DNA of 64,000 nucleotides from Capsulimonadaceae bacterium (GTDB lineage Bacteria; Armatimonadota; Armatimonadia; Armatimonadales; Capsulimonadaceae): NCBI GenBank assembly GCA_965215505.1, contig OZ244065.1, positions 64,001 to 128,000 of the forward strand, read 5' to 3'. Shown piece by piece: positions 63,575 to 64,000 of this stretch (position 1 is its first letter; each line of letters starts with the position of its first letter). The notes under the pieces were generated by a model. It saw only the letters and a program-made list of their open reading frames with translations, ran no database searches and was not told where the DNA came from. The position numbers and the translations under genes were made by a program.

Positions 63575-64000
63575 TCAAATATCACGCCAACCAATGAGCG
63601 TCTCGGCGGCAGAACACGCTTCCGGTGAGCAGAGGGCCGCCGTCTCGCCTTCCCAATCATAGCCCCATGCGAAGGCTTGGGCCAGGGCGCGGTTGTCCGC
63701 GCCGGGATGGCAGACGATTTCGGTCAGGCCGTCGCGCGCGTTCTGGAGGTACTGAGCGAGGGTGGGAGCCGTCAGGTGGCCCGAGACCGCCATGCCGGAG
63801 AAGTGGTCGGAGGTTCGCAGGCCCGCCGCCGCGATGTACCGGCGCGAAAGCCGCGCCACCGCGGCCAATGCGGCAGCCTTGGCGCGGCGGGCAGGCGGAA
63901 CGGGCGCGAACGCCGGGCCGTCAACCGGCAGGCGGATCGCCCGGATGCCGTGTTCGGCGGCGAGGGGGCAGACGACGCGCATGATGCCCGGCAGGGCGTG
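63575..64000 (-). CDS. ChbG/HpnK (YdjC) family deacetylase, C-terminal part
   Basis: LRTSDHFSG, GLTEIVCHPG, ETAALCSP; open to the right edge. Confidence 0.8.
   Translation of the reverse strand, partial: HALPGIMRVVCPLAAEHGIRAIRLPVDGPAFAPVPPARRAKAAALAAVARLSRRYIAAAGLRTSDHFSGMAVSGHLTAPTLAQYLQNARDGLTEIVCHPGADNRALAQAFAWGYDWEGETAALCSPEACSAAETLIGWRDI

Overview
High-GC bacterial chromosomal window. Gene content and style (DUF6785-type membrane protein, membrane-fused ECF sigma factor, many secreted glycosidases) suggest Armatimonadota; this is an inference. All family calls come from motif recognition by eye, with no database searches. Five blocks are visible. (1) 1-12.5 kb, minus strand: a highly divergent contractile injection / type VI secretion-like operon. 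In order of transcription it encodes a membrane-anchored double ubiquitin/YukD-like protein, a single 849-aa sheath-like protein, an Hcp/TssD-like tube, TssF-, TssG- and TssK-like baseplate proteins, two bitopic membrane proteins in place of TssJLM, and a VgrG-like gene missed by the ORF track that runs off the left edge. This is the best candidate for an undescribed system. (2) 12.6-18.5 kb: a GH38 alpha-mannosidase and a HupE/UreJ protein. (3) 18.6-33.1 kb: an expanded Kdp potassium locus with two kdpA paralogues (one with a non-canonical selectivity filter), a split KdpD, three unannotated micro-ORFs and two matching KdpE-type promoters. (4) 33.1-53.1 kb: a glycan-utilisation cluster (sugar ABC transporter, GH127, GH92, GH53, two GH2, sugar isomerase), interrupted by a lower-GC islet with a colicin D-like toxin/partner pair. 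(5) 53.5-64 kb: an ECF sigma fusion and a TolC-RlmA-RND-MFP operon. Several REP/REPIN-like palindromes are present. I saw no rRNA, tRNA, CRISPR array or transposase.
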